Shown one piece after another: positions 19,509-30,244 of a DNA stretch of 46,186 nt. The notes under the pieces are model-generated. The model ran no database searches, had not been told where the DNA came from, and saw nothing but the letters and a program-made list of their open reading frames with translations. The DNA is taken from assembly GCA_045863575.1 (NCBI GenBank), contig BTUC01000005.1, positions 1-46,186 on the forward strand, written 5' to 3'. This stretch comes from Phycisphaerae bacterium (lineage in GTDB: Bacteria; Planctomycetota; Phycisphaerae; UBA1845; PWPN01). Position 1 is the first letter of the stretch; each line of letters starts with the position of its first letter. A program made the position numbers and the translations under genes.

Positions 19509-19570
19509 GTTTTTGAGAAACGCGGTGCTCCGCGGGTGCCTGCCGGTCCGGGCGGCCTGAAATCGGGCTA

Positions 19571-21547
19571 TCAACTGTGGGTCTGGCTTACCTCGAGAGG
19601 GGCGGCTTTCTCATGCGGGGGGCCGGCAGACAGGAGGCGCTGCAGAAGCTCCGCGAGGTCGCGGGCCATGAAGGGCTTGCGGAGTACCACCGCCGGCGCG
19701 CTGGACAGGGCGTCGGAACTCCAGTCCGTTCGCCCGCTGATCAGGACGGCCGGTGCGGCGGCTCCTTCCGCACGCATCGTCTGCAGGCATTCGATGCCGC
19801 TGCGCCCGGGCAGATCCACATCCAGGATGGCCACACGGATTCGTTCGCTGTTGGCCCGCCACTGGGCGGCGGCCGAGCGCCCGTCAGGTGCCAGAATGAG
19901 CTCGTAGCCCAGCGTCTGCAGCAGTGTGCTGATGGACTCCCGCACAAACTGGTTATCCTCGGCCAGCAGAATCGTCTCGCCATGCCCACGCGCCAGGTTT
20001 GCGGACTCATCGCCGGCCAGTTCCATCGCCGGACGCGGCGCGCAGGGCAGGCACACAGTAAACGTGGTTCCCTGGCCGAGCTGAGACTCGACGCGGACCC
20101 GGCCCTCGTGGTTCTCAACAATCCCGCGGACAATTGCCAGGCCCAGGCCCGTTCCCTGGCCCTGGGGCTTGGTGGAGAAGAACGGCTCAAAAAGCCTGGG
20201 CAGCGCTTCCTCGGGGATGCCGGTTCCGGTGTCGCTGACCTCCAGGCAGGCCCACGACCTTTCACCGGGGGCGGCCTGGCCGGGCAGGTCGTCGTCCGCA
20301 CCGCCTGACCGGATGCGGATCTGCAGGGTCCCGCCGTCAGGCATGGCATCACGGGCGTTGATGGCCAGGTTGAGGATCACCTGCTGAAGCTGAGTGGGAT
20401 CGGCCTCGATCCACAGTGGCTGGTCGGCCGACGCGTCGATGTTCATTTCAATGGATGCCGGCAGCAGCCGTCGGAGCATGCGCGTCGTTGTTGTGATGAC
20501 GTCCTGAAGCCTGACCGGCTTCTTTTCCGCGGGCAGGCGGCGGCTGAAGATCAGCAAGGAGCGCGTGAGCCCGACGGCCTGCTCGGCGGCGCTGCGCACC
20601 GTGGCCGTGGCTTCGGCGGCCACGGGACTTCCCGGGAGCCGGTTCTCCAGGAGGTCGACGTTGAGGAGGATGACTGTCAGCAGGTTATTGAAATCGTGGG
20701 CCACACCGCTGGCCAGTTGTCCGACTGCCTCCATTTTCTGAGCCTGGTGAAGCTGCTCCTGGAGAGCGGCTCGCTGCCGGGTCGCCTCCTCTCGTTCGAG
20801 AATGTCACGGCGGAGCTGCCGCCGGCCCAGCCCGAGCCCGAAGACGCCCACGAACCACAGGAGGCCATGAATCAAACGCGCGCGGGAGAGCTCCGCACCC
20901 ATGAGCGCCTGGAAGGGCTCCAAGGGCACGGTCACGCTGATGCCGCCGCGGACGTCGCCCACCTGGTAACCCTGCGCCGCATGGCATTTCAGGCAGCTTG
21001 CATCCGTGATCAGTGGCCGCATGAGGCGCAGATAAGGCTCATGGTCATGCCATTCGATCGTGGTCGCCTCTTCCTGGCCGTCTTCAAAAGCCTTGAGGCT
21101 GGCTGTTTCCCAGGCGTCTGCCGCGTTTTCCGGTCGGAGCGGCTGGAGGCTGGTGATGTGGTGTCGGGGTCCGGGCCGTTGTTCGTTCAACTCGGCCACC
21201 TGCCGGCTCATGTAGGAGGAGTTGACCAGGGTCAAGCGTTGGCCGGATGGCGTTTGGATATCACGGTCGGGTACGTGGGCCAGGTAGGGGCTGGGCGGTG
21301 TTCCGGGCGTTACCGGAACATACACGCCACCCAGCACCATGACCCAGCGACGGTAGGCCATGTCGGTCTGGAACCTGGAACGCGCCTCCTCGCGGGCCAG
21401 GGCCCGTGAATGCTCCTCGAGTCGTTCCCAGGTCTTGGCCAACGAGGCGACGATCAGGATTGTCCAGCCGGTCGCCAGCAGAATAGCGTAACGGTTGAGG
21501 CGCCGGACCTCGGTAATCGCTGTCAGCTTGCTGTGGAGTTGCCGCAT
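19571..21547 (-). CDS. Hybrid sensor histidine kinase/response regulator with periplasmic c-type heme (DUF3365/Tll0287-like) domain
   Basis: TM-sensor with SCLKCH-TM; GVAHDFNNLL H-box; NLAINARDAM, DTGTG, GTGLGL; REC domain AEDN...ILDVDLP...KPF. Confidence 0.9.
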   Translation of the reverse strand: MRQLHSKLTAITEVRRLNRYAILLATGWTILIVASLAKTWERLEEHSRALAREEARSRFQTDMAYRRWVMVLGGVYVPVTPGTPPSPYLAHVPDRDIQTPSGQRLTLVNSSYMSRQVAELNEQRPGPRHHITSLQPLRPENAADAWETASLKAFEDGQEEATTIEWHDHEPYLRLMRPLITDASCLKCHAAQGYQVGDVRGGISVTVPLEPFQALMGAELSRARLIHGLLWFVGVFGLGLGRRQLRRDILEREEATRQRAALQEQLHQAQKMEAVGQLASGVAHDFNNLLTVILLNVDLLENRLPGSPVAAEATATVRSAAEQAVGLTRSLLIFSRRLPAEKKPVRLQDVITTTTRMLRRLLPASIEMNIDASADQPLWIEADPTQLQQVILNLAINARDAMPDGGTLQIRIRSGGADDDLPGQAAPGERSWACLEVSDTGTGIPEEALPRLFEPFFSTKPQGQGTGLGLAIVRGIVENHEGRVRVESQLGQGTTFTVCLPCAPRPAMELAGDESANLARGHGETILLAEDNQFVRESISTLLQTLGYELILAPDGRSAAAQWRANSERIRVAILDVDLPGRSGIECLQTMRAEGAAAPAVLISGRTDWSSDALSSAPAVVLRKPFMARDLAELLQRLLSAGPPHEKAAPLEVSQTHS

Positions 21548-21688
21548 ACCTTGCCTGGTGATCGTCCGGCTGGCGTCGGGGGCGTCCTATCCGCGATCCG
21601 CACTGCCGGTATACAGTACCGTATCTGCGGAATTCGGCAAGTCTCCAATGAAGCTCAGGAAGCGAGTACCGCGATGGTCTGACCGCGC

Positions 21689-22576
21689 CTACAGCAGGGC
21701 GGTGCTGAAGTAGCGTTCGGCCCGGTCGGGCAGAATGGTGGCGATACGGCCGGAGGTCTTCTTCGCGAGCCGGCGTGCGGCCCATACATTGGCCCCGGAC
21801 GAGATGCCCACCAGCAGGCCGTGATCGCGCCCGAGCTGGCGGGTCGTTTCGATGGCATCCTCGTCGCTGACTTCGACCACATCGTCAATCAATGACACGT
21901 CGAGGATCGCCGGGATAAAGCCGTCGCCGATGCCCTGGATCTGGTGCAGACCGGGCTCGTGGCCCAGCAAAGCCGAGACGCCCTTCGGCTCGACGGCCGC
22001 AATCCGGATATGCGGGTTGCGTTCCTTGAGGAATCTGCCGACACCCTGCAATGTGCCCCCGCTGCCTACACCGGCAACAAAGCAAGCCAGGTCGCCTTCC
22101 ATCTGCCGCCACAGTTCGACGGCCGTCTGGTCGTAGTGGATGCGCGGGTTGTCGGGGTTCTCGAACTGCTGCGGCACGTATACCGAGCGGTCCTCCTCGG
22201 CCATCTGCCGCACGCGCCGCACCGCGCCGGCAATCCCTTCCGCGTCGGGCGTCAGCACCAGGTCCGCGCCCAACGCGCGGATGAGCTTCTTGCGTTCCTC
22301 GCTCATGCCCTCGGGCATGACGATGCGCACGGCATAACCCTTGAGCCGCCCGACGAGAGCCACGCCGATGCCCGTGTTACCGGACGTCGGTTCCACGATA
22401 GTCGAGCCGCGTGTCAGCCGGCCACTTCGTTCAGCGCCCTCGATCATGGCCACGGCGATGCGGTCCTTGATACTGCCGCCGGGGTTGAGGTATTCGGCCT
22501 TGGCGAAGATGTGTTCGCCGTTGAGGCGAAGCAAAGGCGTGTTGCCGATCAGTTCAAGAACGCTGTGGGTTACCAT
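21689..22576 (-). CDS. cysK: Cysteine synthase A (O-acetylserine thiol-lyase)
   Basis: KAEYLNPGGSIKDR (PLP lysine), EPTSGNTG, GVGSGGT, HQIQGIG, ERYFST. Confidence 0.92.
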   Translation of the reverse strand: MVTHSVLELIGNTPLLRLNGEHIFAKAEYLNPGGSIKDRIAVAMIEGAERSGRLTRGSTIVEPTSGNTGIGVALVGRLKGYAVRIVMPEGMSEERKKLIRALGADLVLTPDAEGIAGAVRRVRQMAEEDRSVYVPQQFENPDNPRIHYDQTAVELWRQMEGDLACFVAGVGSGGTLQGVGRFLKERNPHIRIAAVEPKGVSALLGHEPGLHQIQGIGDGFIPAILDVSLIDDVVEVSDEDAIETTRQLGRDHGLLVGISSGANVWAARRLAKKTSGRIATILPDRAERYFSTALL

Positions 22577-22933
22577 AGATTGCGATCCGCTTCAATCATG
22601 TTGCTGGCGTCATGTCGCTCCTGCCCGAGGGCAGGGAGCGGTTACACCATTGTATCGAAAGCGCCAGACTGGATCGACGGGGCGACTGCCCTAGATCCGC
22701 ACCCGCGACAGCAGGATCTCGAGCGGGCGGATCAGGCGGCTGAACAGGGCGCGGCCGTCAAGCTCGATCACCGCCCGACCTGCTCAACGGCGCCGCGAGT
22801 TTGCCTTCCGAGAAGGCTGCTTCCCACTTCTCCGTGCTTTGTACGGTCGATCGTTCCCACCGCTCTTTTACCAGGCGGCGTTCATGAACCGTGGTCTTGG
22901 AGAGTTCCAGGTCAGCGGGTACACTCCGGCCCG

Positions 22934-23371
22934 ATGAGTACCCCGATGCACCATTCGCCGCGGTTGCCGCGCATCGCGCTGATCCTCTACTGGATCGCCA
23001 TGTTCGTGGCGACGCACCTGCCGGACATCGACCGCTACGAACCGGAGATTGCCCGACTCATACCGCGGCTTGACCTGTTTGTGCATTTTGGGATGTACGC
23101 GGGATGGACGCTGTTATGGAGCTGGCTGCTGAGCGCAAACGGCGCCCGCCTGAGCCGGGCGGCGGCCGGATGGCTGATTGCAGGCGGCGGGGTGTATGCG
23201 CTTTTCGACGAACTGACTCAGCCCCTCGTGGGGCGCGAGACCTCCATGGCCGACTACGTCTTCGATGTCCTGGGGATCTGCGCGGTTCTGCTCGTGTTGC
23301 GCTGCCGCCAGACGCGCCGCACAAGTCGCGCGGTTGCGCCGGCCACGGACGGCCGCGCCGCTTCTATCTAG
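22934..23371 (+). CDS. VanZ family membrane protein
   Basis: YWIAMFVATHLP, D.FVHFGMYAG, YALFDELTQPLVGRETSMADYVFD; real start inside the longer listed ORF. Confidence 0.82.
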   Translation: MSTPMHHSPRLPRIALILYWIAMFVATHLPDIDRYEPEIARLIPRLDLFVHFGMYAGWTLLWSWLLSANGARLSRAAAGWLIAGGGVYALFDELTQPLVGRETSMADYVFDVLGICAVLLVLRCRQTRRTSRAVAPATDGRAASI

Positions 23372-23486
23372 GGGAGCGATCGCTTCACAGGCATAACTTC
23401 TATCATCGTTTTTTCGGGCCCACTGAACCGGGAAGTATCACTGATTTGCTTTGGAGTCTTTGAGAGGTAGTGCGCCTGGTAGCGCC

Positions 23487-23514
23487 TTGACAGACGGGGC
23501 AGTACAGTTATCCT
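23487..23514 (+). promoter_or_regulatory. Putative sigma70 promoter
   Basis: TTGACA-16 nt-TATCCT upstream of the remnant gene and sulfatase. Confidence 0.45.
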
Positions 23515-23677
23515 GTCTCCTTCAACGGATCTGCAATGCGATTCGAAGTGGGCCGCTTGCATACCGCATTCCTTCTAACTGGTGTGTGTGGTTCTGCCGA
23601 GGAGGCGGCCATCCGAGCGTGGACACCCATGGGGGGACACTTCGCGGTCATGGCGGCTGAAAAGAGGAAAGAGCGAT

Positions 23678-24072
23678 CATCGGTACTTGTCGCACGGTGA
23701 TCGTGTGCCTGGTGATTCTGCTGGCTTTCACAAGTCAGGCTCCGGCCGCCGGCGAGGCCCAGGGCCGGCTGTACGACGCCCGGGGCGGCTGGAAAGAGTT
23801 ATTCCCCTGGTGCACCCGCGTCGGCGACGGGCATGGCGTCCGCCGGCCTGCAGATTCGCGGGGCGGATGCGGCGCTGTCCGTCAGACTGTCGGGTGAGTG
23901 GCAAACGCTCAAGGCGGGATTCACGGCCCAGCGTCCCGATAGCGAAATCGTTCTGGTCGGCTCGACCGAGGGCAGCGGCGAGATTCGCTTCGCTGACGTT
24001 CAGATCCGCGACGCGACGACCGATGTGGCGGGGCTGAAGCGCGGACCGAAGCTGTCGGCCAGCCGCCGGTGA
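23678..24072 (+). pseudogene. Degraded secreted protein (signal peptide plus fragment of a carbohydrate-binding-like jelly roll)
   Basis: Signal-like VIVCLVILLAFTSQAPA in one frame; EWQTLKAGFTA...GEIRFADVQI (CBM-like ending) in another; ATC rather than ATG after a GAGG RBS. Confidence 0.45.
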
Positions 24073-24113
24073 CGGCGTGTGGGACCGCCTGCGGCTGATT
24101 GAGGAGAGGTGTT

Positions 24114-25454
24114 ATGGTCAAGGTTACGTGTCTGGTAGCTGCTGCCTTGGGTGTGCTGCCTGCGGCAGCGGCCCCACGCCCCAACATTGTCTTCATCCTG
24201 GCGGACGACTTGGGCTATGGAGACCTTGGCTGCTACGGCCAACAGCGCATCCTCACGCCCCACATCGATCGGCTGGCTGAGCAGGGCACCCGGTTCACGC
24301 AGTTCTACGCAGGTTGCACCGTCTGTGCCCCCACGCGCAGCGTGCTCATGACGGGTCAGCATACCGGTCACACGCCCGTTCGAGGCAATGGCAGTCCCCT
24401 GATCGGCCGTGTGCCCCTGCGGCCCCAGGACCTCACGGTGGCCGAGCTGCTGAAAAAAGCCGGATACTCGACCGGCGTCGTCGGCAAATGGGGGCTGGGT
24501 GAGCCGGACACGACCGGTGTGCCCAACAGGAAGGGCTTCGATTTCTGGTTTGGCTATCTCAATCAGGCCCACGCGCACACGTATTACCCGGACTACCTGT
24601 GGAGGAACCAGGAGCGCTACGCCATTGACGAGAACAAGAACAATCAGCAGAAGGTCTGGTCACACGACCTGATGACCCGCGAGGCGTTGGCCTTTGTCGA
24701 GCGGAGCAAGGATCGACCGTTCTACCTCTATCTGGCCTACACGACGCCGCACGGTAAATACGAGATCCCCAACGACGAACCTTACTCTCAACAGAACTGG
24801 CCGCCGACAGCCAGACGTTACGCGGCCATGATCACGCGTATGGACAGTGACATCGGCAAGCTGATGGCACTCTTGCAAAAGCTGGACCTCGACGAGAACA
24901 CCCTGGTCATGTTCGCCAGCGACAATGGCCCGGAAGCGGGCGGCGGATTTGATCCGGAGTTCTTCGACAGCAATGGCCCGTTGCGCGGCAAGAAGCGCGA
25001 TCTGTATGAGGGTGGTATCCGGGTGCCCATGATCGCGCGGTGGCCCGGCAAGATCAAAGCCGGTGGGGTCAGTGATTTTTCCTGGGCCATGTGGGACTTT
25101 CTGCCCACAGCCGCGGAGCTGGCTGGCGCCCCCAATCCCGAGAACATCGACGGCCTGTCCGTGCTGCCGACGCTGCTCGGTGAAAAGCAGAAAGGTCACG
25201 AGTTCCTGTATTGGGAGTTTCACGAAGGCGGTTTTGCGCAGGCGGTGCGCATGGGGGACTGGAAGGCCGTGCGCAAGAAACCGGGGCGGCTTGAGCTTTA
25301 TAACCTTCGGGAAGATTCAGGCGAACAACGCGACGTCGCCGGCCAGCATCCGGCCGTCGTTGCGCGGATCGAGCAGTATCTCAGCACGGCTCGAACGGAT
25401 TCGCCGTACTGGCCCATTAAGGATGGGAATAAGCAGGCGCTGTTGACGCACTGA
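24114..25454 (+). CDS. Arylsulfatase (formylglycine-dependent S1 sulfatase)
   Basis: PNIVFILADDLGYGD, CAPTR (CxPxR) SVLMTG, GKWGLG, SDNGP, KRDLYEGGIRVP. Confidence 0.95.
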   Translation: MVKVTCLVAAALGVLPAAAAPRPNIVFILADDLGYGDLGCYGQQRILTPHIDRLAEQGTRFTQFYAGCTVCAPTRSVLMTGQHTGHTPVRGNGSPLIGRVPLRPQDLTVAELLKKAGYSTGVVGKWGLGEPDTTGVPNRKGFDFWFGYLNQAHAHTYYPDYLWRNQERYAIDENKNNQQKVWSHDLMTREALAFVERSKDRPFYLYLAYTTPHGKYEIPNDEPYSQQNWPPTARRYAAMITRMDSDIGKLMALLQKLDLDENTLVMFASDNGPEAGGGFDPEFFDSNGPLRGKKRDLYEGGIRVPMIARWPGKIKAGGVSDFSWAMWDFLPTAAELAGAPNPENIDGLSVLPTLLGEKQKGHEFLYWEFHEGGFAQAVRMGDWKAVRKKPGRLELYNLREDSGEQRDVAGQHPAVVARIEQYLSTARTDSPYWPIKDGNKQALLTH

Positions 25455-25694
25455 AACAATGCTCCTGGCTGATTCGGCGTGATACGGAATTAGCGTTTTT
25501 TCCGCAGAAAAGAGCAGATTATCTTGCGTTCTCGATGACCGCCGGGTACATTTCAGTTTCATGTTCTGCGCTTCTCGGATCGCGGCCGGACGAATACGAA
25601 ACTGCGCGTAATCCCCGATCGGGGGGTGGAGGGGCTCACCCAGATACTCGATGAGCATGGATTGGCGCGCCCTTTCTTCTGAAGGAGGATCGTC

Positions 25695-27914
25695 ATGTCT
25701 TTTCGCGGTTCTCGCAGGGTTGGTTTTTTGCTCGGGTTTTCAACGGTCTTGAGCGCCCAGGCGGCGCAGAGTCTGCTGAACGGCAGTTTCGAGGACGGTA
25801 CCAACGATGGCTGGACCATCTGGGCTCAATCGTGGTCGGTCGGGCCGACATGGTATCACGACCCGCCGGGTCAGACGGACGTGTGCGGGCATAACCTTTC
25901 CGCGCCGGATGGTCAGTATTTCGGGGGCATCTCTTATCTGTTGAATACGACGCCGGCCGCGCACGGCCACGTCCTTTATCGCCAGGCGATTGAAGTCCAG
26001 AACTGGAGCCCGGAGGCGGACCGGACGAACTTCCATCTGGAGCTCTGGGCGCAACTTGCCCACTCGCGGAACTGGGACGGCTATGAGCCGCGCCAGGAAC
26101 ACCTCATCTGGTGGGCTCCCGATGGGGAAATGCCCCGGGATACCGCTTTCGTACGTATCGGCGGAAGCGTGGCGGAAGGCGACACGGTGGAGATCGACAC
26201 CGGCGGCGTGTTGCGCGTTTACGAGTTCGACACGGACTCCGCGCTGCGGGACCCTGGAAACGTGCCGGTGAGCCTGGCGACCATGGACGTCAACACGGCC
26301 AAGGCGGCGCTGGCGGATGCCATTAACGACGATGCCTCGGCACCCTGCACCGCAACCGTCGGCGACAAGACGGTGGTTCTGCTCTGGAAGCAGACCGACG
26401 CCCAGGGCGCCGCCAATTCCAACCTGAACGACACGAACAATGTGATTGAAGTGACCGGCTTCTCCCACCTGCCCGGGACGCCTCAGTACGAGACCAACCA
26501 GAACCGCAACTACACGGAAGACGTGCCCATGCGCAGCGTCATGCTGACGCACGTGAAGACGCCGTTCTTCATGAAGGGGGTCACCCAGAATTTCGAGAAC
26601 TGGCGGAAGTTCGTGACATCCGGGAGCATTCCCGACAATCCCAAGGTGGTGGTGCTCGAGATCCGGCTGAAGACCGACGCCCGCCTGGAGCAAGTCCACA
26701 ATTTCTTTGATGGCGTGGTTTTCTCAGTGGCAGCCTCCACGGACAGCCAAATCGGCAGTTTCGCCGGCGACATCGCCAACAGTGACTTCGAAATCGAGCC
26801 GTACAACACCCGGCATCACGGTGACAAGACGGGCGTCAATTATGACCCGCCGGCGGGCTGGGGTGACCTGGTGGAGCCAAGCCCTGCTGGTTACAGGAAC
26901 TACCTGCGCGACTGGGGCCGTGACGGCGCATTGCGCGGCCCTATCGAAGGCTATACCAACGGCGTGACGTCCCCTACGGATCCGCTGGGAACGGTGACGC
27001 CTTCCGGCGGGCACTTCTGGGGCCGGGCCAACCCTGGCGCCGAGGGGGCGACTCCGGAGAACCCGGCCAGCTACTTGCAGGGCTGGTGGGGGCACGTGGT
27101 GCCCGTGCGCAACTGGTCCCCCAAGGCCACCCGGCTGCGGTACGTTCTGCGTTACCTCACGCTGATGACCGACTTGGGCGGTTCCGCGCGGCAGACCATG
27201 GAACTCGCCTGGGGGGATGAGGCCGTCCCGCAGATCCCCGGTCCGCCCAAGATCAACGGGACGCGGTCCATCCTTGAACAGCCCAGCGACGCAATGAACT
27301 TCGACCTGATACAGTCCTACGCGTTCCCATGGATGAAGATCCTGGATCTCTCCGACGATGTGATCAGCGAACGGTCCGCGGTCCAGGGCTTTGTCGAAAT
27401 CGAGCGCACCGGCGAGTTCTCTCCGACCGATACCGATGGCAATCCGTATGCGCCGCAGTATGTCCTTCTGCGGAACAATACCATTGCGAACGCTTCCAAC
27501 GGGACGCTGCCGTTCAAGCTGTTCTACGACCGGGTAGATTTCTACGTGGAAGCGGTGCCTGGCTGCGGCGAGATGCGCCCGGATCAGGACGGTGATGGGG
27601 ATGTCGATCAGGAGGACTTCGGACTTGTTCAAGCGTGCCTTACAGGCACACCAGGCGGCATTCCGCAGAGCATCGAATGTGTGTGTGCGGATCTGGACCG
27701 GGACAACGTGACTATCGGTACGGCCGATCTGACCATGTTCGAGGCCTGTGCGAGCGGACCGACCATTCCCGCCGACCCTGCCTGTGACAGACAGGCTTGC
27801 TGTCTGCCGTTTATTGGTTGTCGGGATCTTCATCCGGTTGAATGCGTCCACCGCGATGGTACGCCGCAGGGCGAGCACACTTCGTGCGCTTCGGATCCCT
27901 GCGCGCAGCCGTAG
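25695..27914 (+). CDS. Secreted multidomain protein: two jelly-roll/CBM-like domains, an inserted module, dockerin-like and Cys-rich tail (paralogue A)
   Basis: AGGAGG RBS; signal peptide; NGSFEDG...FFDGVVF and NSDFE...FYDRVDF domains; DQDGDGDVDQEDFG; ACCLP..GC...TSCASDPC. Confidence 0.8.
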   Translation: MSFRGSRRVGFLLGFSTVLSAQAAQSLLNGSFEDGTNDGWTIWAQSWSVGPTWYHDPPGQTDVCGHNLSAPDGQYFGGISYLLNTTPAAHGHVLYRQAIEVQNWSPEADRTNFHLELWAQLAHSRNWDGYEPRQEHLIWWAPDGEMPRDTAFVRIGGSVAEGDTVEIDTGGVLRVYEFDTDSALRDPGNVPVSLATMDVNTAKAALADAINDDASAPCTATVGDKTVVLLWKQTDAQGAANSNLNDTNNVIEVTGFSHLPGTPQYETNQNRNYTEDVPMRSVMLTHVKTPFFMKGVTQNFENWRKFVTSGSIPDNPKVVVLEIRLKTDARLEQVHNFFDGVVFSVAASTDSQIGSFAGDIANSDFEIEPYNTRHHGDKTGVNYDPPAGWGDLVEPSPAGYRNYLRDWGRDGALRGPIEGYTNGVTSPTDPLGTVTPSGGHFWGRANPGAEGATPENPASYLQGWWGHVVPVRNWSPKATRLRYVLRYLTLMTDLGGSARQTMELAWGDEAVPQIPGPPKINGTRSILEQPSDAMNFDLIQSYAFPWMKILDLSDDVISERSAVQGFVEIERTGEFSPTDTDGNPYAPQYVLLRNNTIANASNGTLPFKLFYDRVDFYVEAVPGCGEMRPDQDGDGDVDQEDFGLVQACLTGTPGGIPQSIECVCADLDRDNVTIGTADLTMFEACASGPTIPADPACDRQACCLPFIGCRDLHPVECVHRDGTPQGEHTSCASDPCAQP

Positions 27915-28199
27915 AGCCGGAATCTGGAGGCCGGCCGGATGAGGGTCGCGGGGCACGTGACTGGTCTCGCCTTACGGGAGAATCTATGCCTGCACAGTTG
28001 TTCCCTCGGGCACGGAGGTGTTCCGTGAATGGAATGCACCGCGTGCTGGCCCGGCATCCCGACCGGCAAACCGTCGGGGCGGCGTTCGCGAGCCATACCC
28101 CCGAGTTAAGGCCTATCTGCTCGAGCCGGCACTGGGTATTCGGTTTTCCACGGGTGAAGGGCAGATTCAGTCAAGTGGATCAATAGAGGGAAACCCGAA

Positions 28200-30176
28200 A
28201 TGCGACTTGTGCAGGTGGCTCTGATCTTGCTTGCGCCGCTGGTGGTGTTTGCCGCCGAAGAGGGTGGGGGTATCACCATCTATGGATCAACGGGGACCTC
28301 AGCGGGAAGTGCCGCCGGGCTCACGGCTTACCTGGCGGGTGGCGCGGCGCCCCAGGCACCCATCGCTGGAGAGCCAACCGACGATCGGAGCGGGCAGTGG
28401 ATCGCGCAGGTGGAACGACCGGGCGTCTACACGGCCGCCGTGGAGGAGGCCTACGGTTTCGGCCCGGCCCTGCGGACCGGCGTGACTATCGAGCCGCGCC
28501 GATTCAATCGTGTCGAAATCACGCTGCCTTACCAGTGTGAGCTGGTCCAGGCGGGCCAGCCCAACGCACAGGAGCACGCGGAATTCGGCCAGACTTTCGT
28601 GGCCGCCGGGACGGCCGTCACCGGCATCGCCTTCAAGGACGCGGCACAGGTCATGATCACGCTGCATGACGCCGCCGACCCGGGCCGTCAAATCGGGCCG
28701 GCCGTCCGCGCTGGCGGCTACTATCCCGTCGAGACGCTGCCGACCGTGCCCGGGCAGAAGTACCTGCTTCGCTTCACGCGAAAGGACCACGCCCCGTTCC
28801 GCATGCACGTGGTAAAGGGGAACCCGTACCCCGACGGCACGGCGGTCATCGACGGCAAGAACCAATCGGCGGTCGATCTGGCTCTGCGGATCCAGTACAA
28901 CCCGGTCGGCCAGATTCTTCGACATAAGCCCGGCTTCGGGCAGGTGTATCGGCCGGCGGTGAAGTCCTACGGCCAGACCTTCGTGGCACGCGGAACCAGC
29001 CTGGCCATGCTGAGTGTTTTTCCCGCTTCCGGGGAGGATCCTCCTTCTCGACCCGTCATCCGGCTGCTGGAGTCGGGTCCGGAAGGCCGGCCGGTGTGCG
29101 CGCCGATCGCCAGCCGGGTGCTGGTCTTCAATCCTGGCCAGGTGCCCCTTTCCTCCGGCAGCCGCTACTACATTGAAGTGACTTTCCCCGGCTTTTCAGG
29201 TGGGCCGCGTCTGTGGACATCGAAGGAAGACGATTTCGGGGACGGCGAGCTGCACGTCGACGGCCAGCCGGTTCCCGGCCGCGACCTGTCCATGATTTTG
29301 GTCGAGCATGACACCGACACGCTCGCGCCGCCCGCGCCCACCGCACCCGACTGGCACCCGGGATTGTCCGCTTACGCCAGGCGGTTTCCGGCCGATGGGA
29401 GGGCGAGGATGGTGTGGGACGTTCCCGCCGACGCCGATATCAGCCGGCTCATCGTGCGCCGGTTCGACGGCACAGGAGGTGGCGAACAGGCCGCCGGCAT
29501 CGTGGTGAGTGAAATGCCGGCCACTTCTTCAGGTCGATACCATTACAGCGACGCCGGGATCGTCAACGACGTGTCCTACCGCTACACGATCCAGACCGTG
29601 GACAGCAGCGGCAACGAGTCCAAACCGCTGGTTGCATCCGTGGTGCCGCGGCCCGGCCTGCCGTTGGCCGCGGAGTTGCTCAACGGCGACTTTGCCGGCC
29701 CTGCCGACGCGGGCTTGCCTTATGGCTGGATGACCCGTACGCTCGCGGGCTCCGTGCCGGCGTTCAGGCGGGAGCCGGCGGATGGCGATCGCAATCCGGT
29801 GGCTGCGGCTGGCTGGGAGATTCTAGAGGGCAATGACAGCACCGATACCGTGCTCTTCCAGCAGGTACCGTGCGAACAGGGGCGACGATATCGCCTCATC
29901 GCCCAGGCCCGGCTCTGGAACCCGTGGAATACCCGGCAGATGATCATTTGTGCGACCGCGGGGATCGATCCCACCGGCGGCGATGATCCCTCGTCGGAAG
30001 CGGTCGTATGGGGCTCACCGACATTCGAGCGGCAGAACTGGATACCGCTGTCTGCCAGTGCGGTCGCCCAGTCGGACTGCATCACCGTCTACCTTCGTGG
30101 ATACTCGCACTATTCGCGATTCATGAACACCCGTTTCCGCGGGACGAGGCTGATCGATGTGACCCACTCGGAGTAG
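28200..30176 (+). CDS. Secreted multidomain protein (internal repeat, FN3-like, C-terminal CBM-like)
   Basis: Signal peptide; repeat EFGQTFVAAGT / SYGQTFVARGT; YRYTIQTVDSSGNES (FN3); LLNGDF...GIDPTGGDDP..VVWG. Confidence 0.72.
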   Translation: MRLVQVALILLAPLVVFAAEEGGGITIYGSTGTSAGSAAGLTAYLAGGAAPQAPIAGEPTDDRSGQWIAQVERPGVYTAAVEEAYGFGPALRTGVTIEPRRFNRVEITLPYQCELVQAGQPNAQEHAEFGQTFVAAGTAVTGIAFKDAAQVMITLHDAADPGRQIGPAVRAGGYYPVETLPTVPGQKYLLRFTRKDHAPFRMHVVKGNPYPDGTAVIDGKNQSAVDLALRIQYNPVGQILRHKPGFGQVYRPAVKSYGQTFVARGTSLAMLSVFPASGEDPPSRPVIRLLESGPEGRPVCAPIASRVLVFNPGQVPLSSGSRYYIEVTFPGFSGGPRLWTSKEDDFGDGELHVDGQPVPGRDLSMILVEHDTDTLAPPAPTAPDWHPGLSAYARRFPADGRARMVWDVPADADISRLIVRRFDGTGGGEQAAGIVVSEMPATSSGRYHYSDAGIVNDVSYRYTIQTVDSSGNESKPLVASVVPRPGLPLAAELLNGDFAGPADAGLPYGWMTRTLAGSVPAFRREPADGDRNPVAAAGWEILEGNDSTDTVLFQQVPCEQGRRYRLIAQARLWNPWNTRQMIICATAGIDPTGGDDPSSEAVVWGSPTFERQNWIPLSASAVAQSDCITVYLRGYSHYSRFMNTRFRGTRLIDVTHSE

Positions 30177-30180
30177 CGAT

Positions 30181-30234
30181 GCCGGCGGTGACTCCCGTGC
30201 TGAAGAACCGCCGCCGCCCTGGAGTGCCGCCGGC
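30181..30234. terminator. Hairpin between convergent genes (possible bidirectional terminator)
   Basis: GCCGGCGGTGACTCC ... GGAGTGCCGCCGGC inverted pair; no U tract. Confidence 0.35.
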
Positions 30235-30244
30235 TTCGGGCGAG

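Noticed and set aside
21944-22933. N-terminal 330 codons of the 475 aa ORF
   Set aside because: Largely antisense to cysK; only the VanZ part from 22934 is supported
28063-28115. GGCAAACC...GCGAGCC resembling a c-di-GMP-I riboswitch upstream of 28200
   Set aside because: Lacks the GNRA tetraloop, the GACGCAAAGC strand and the receptor hairpin; a cmscan would settle it
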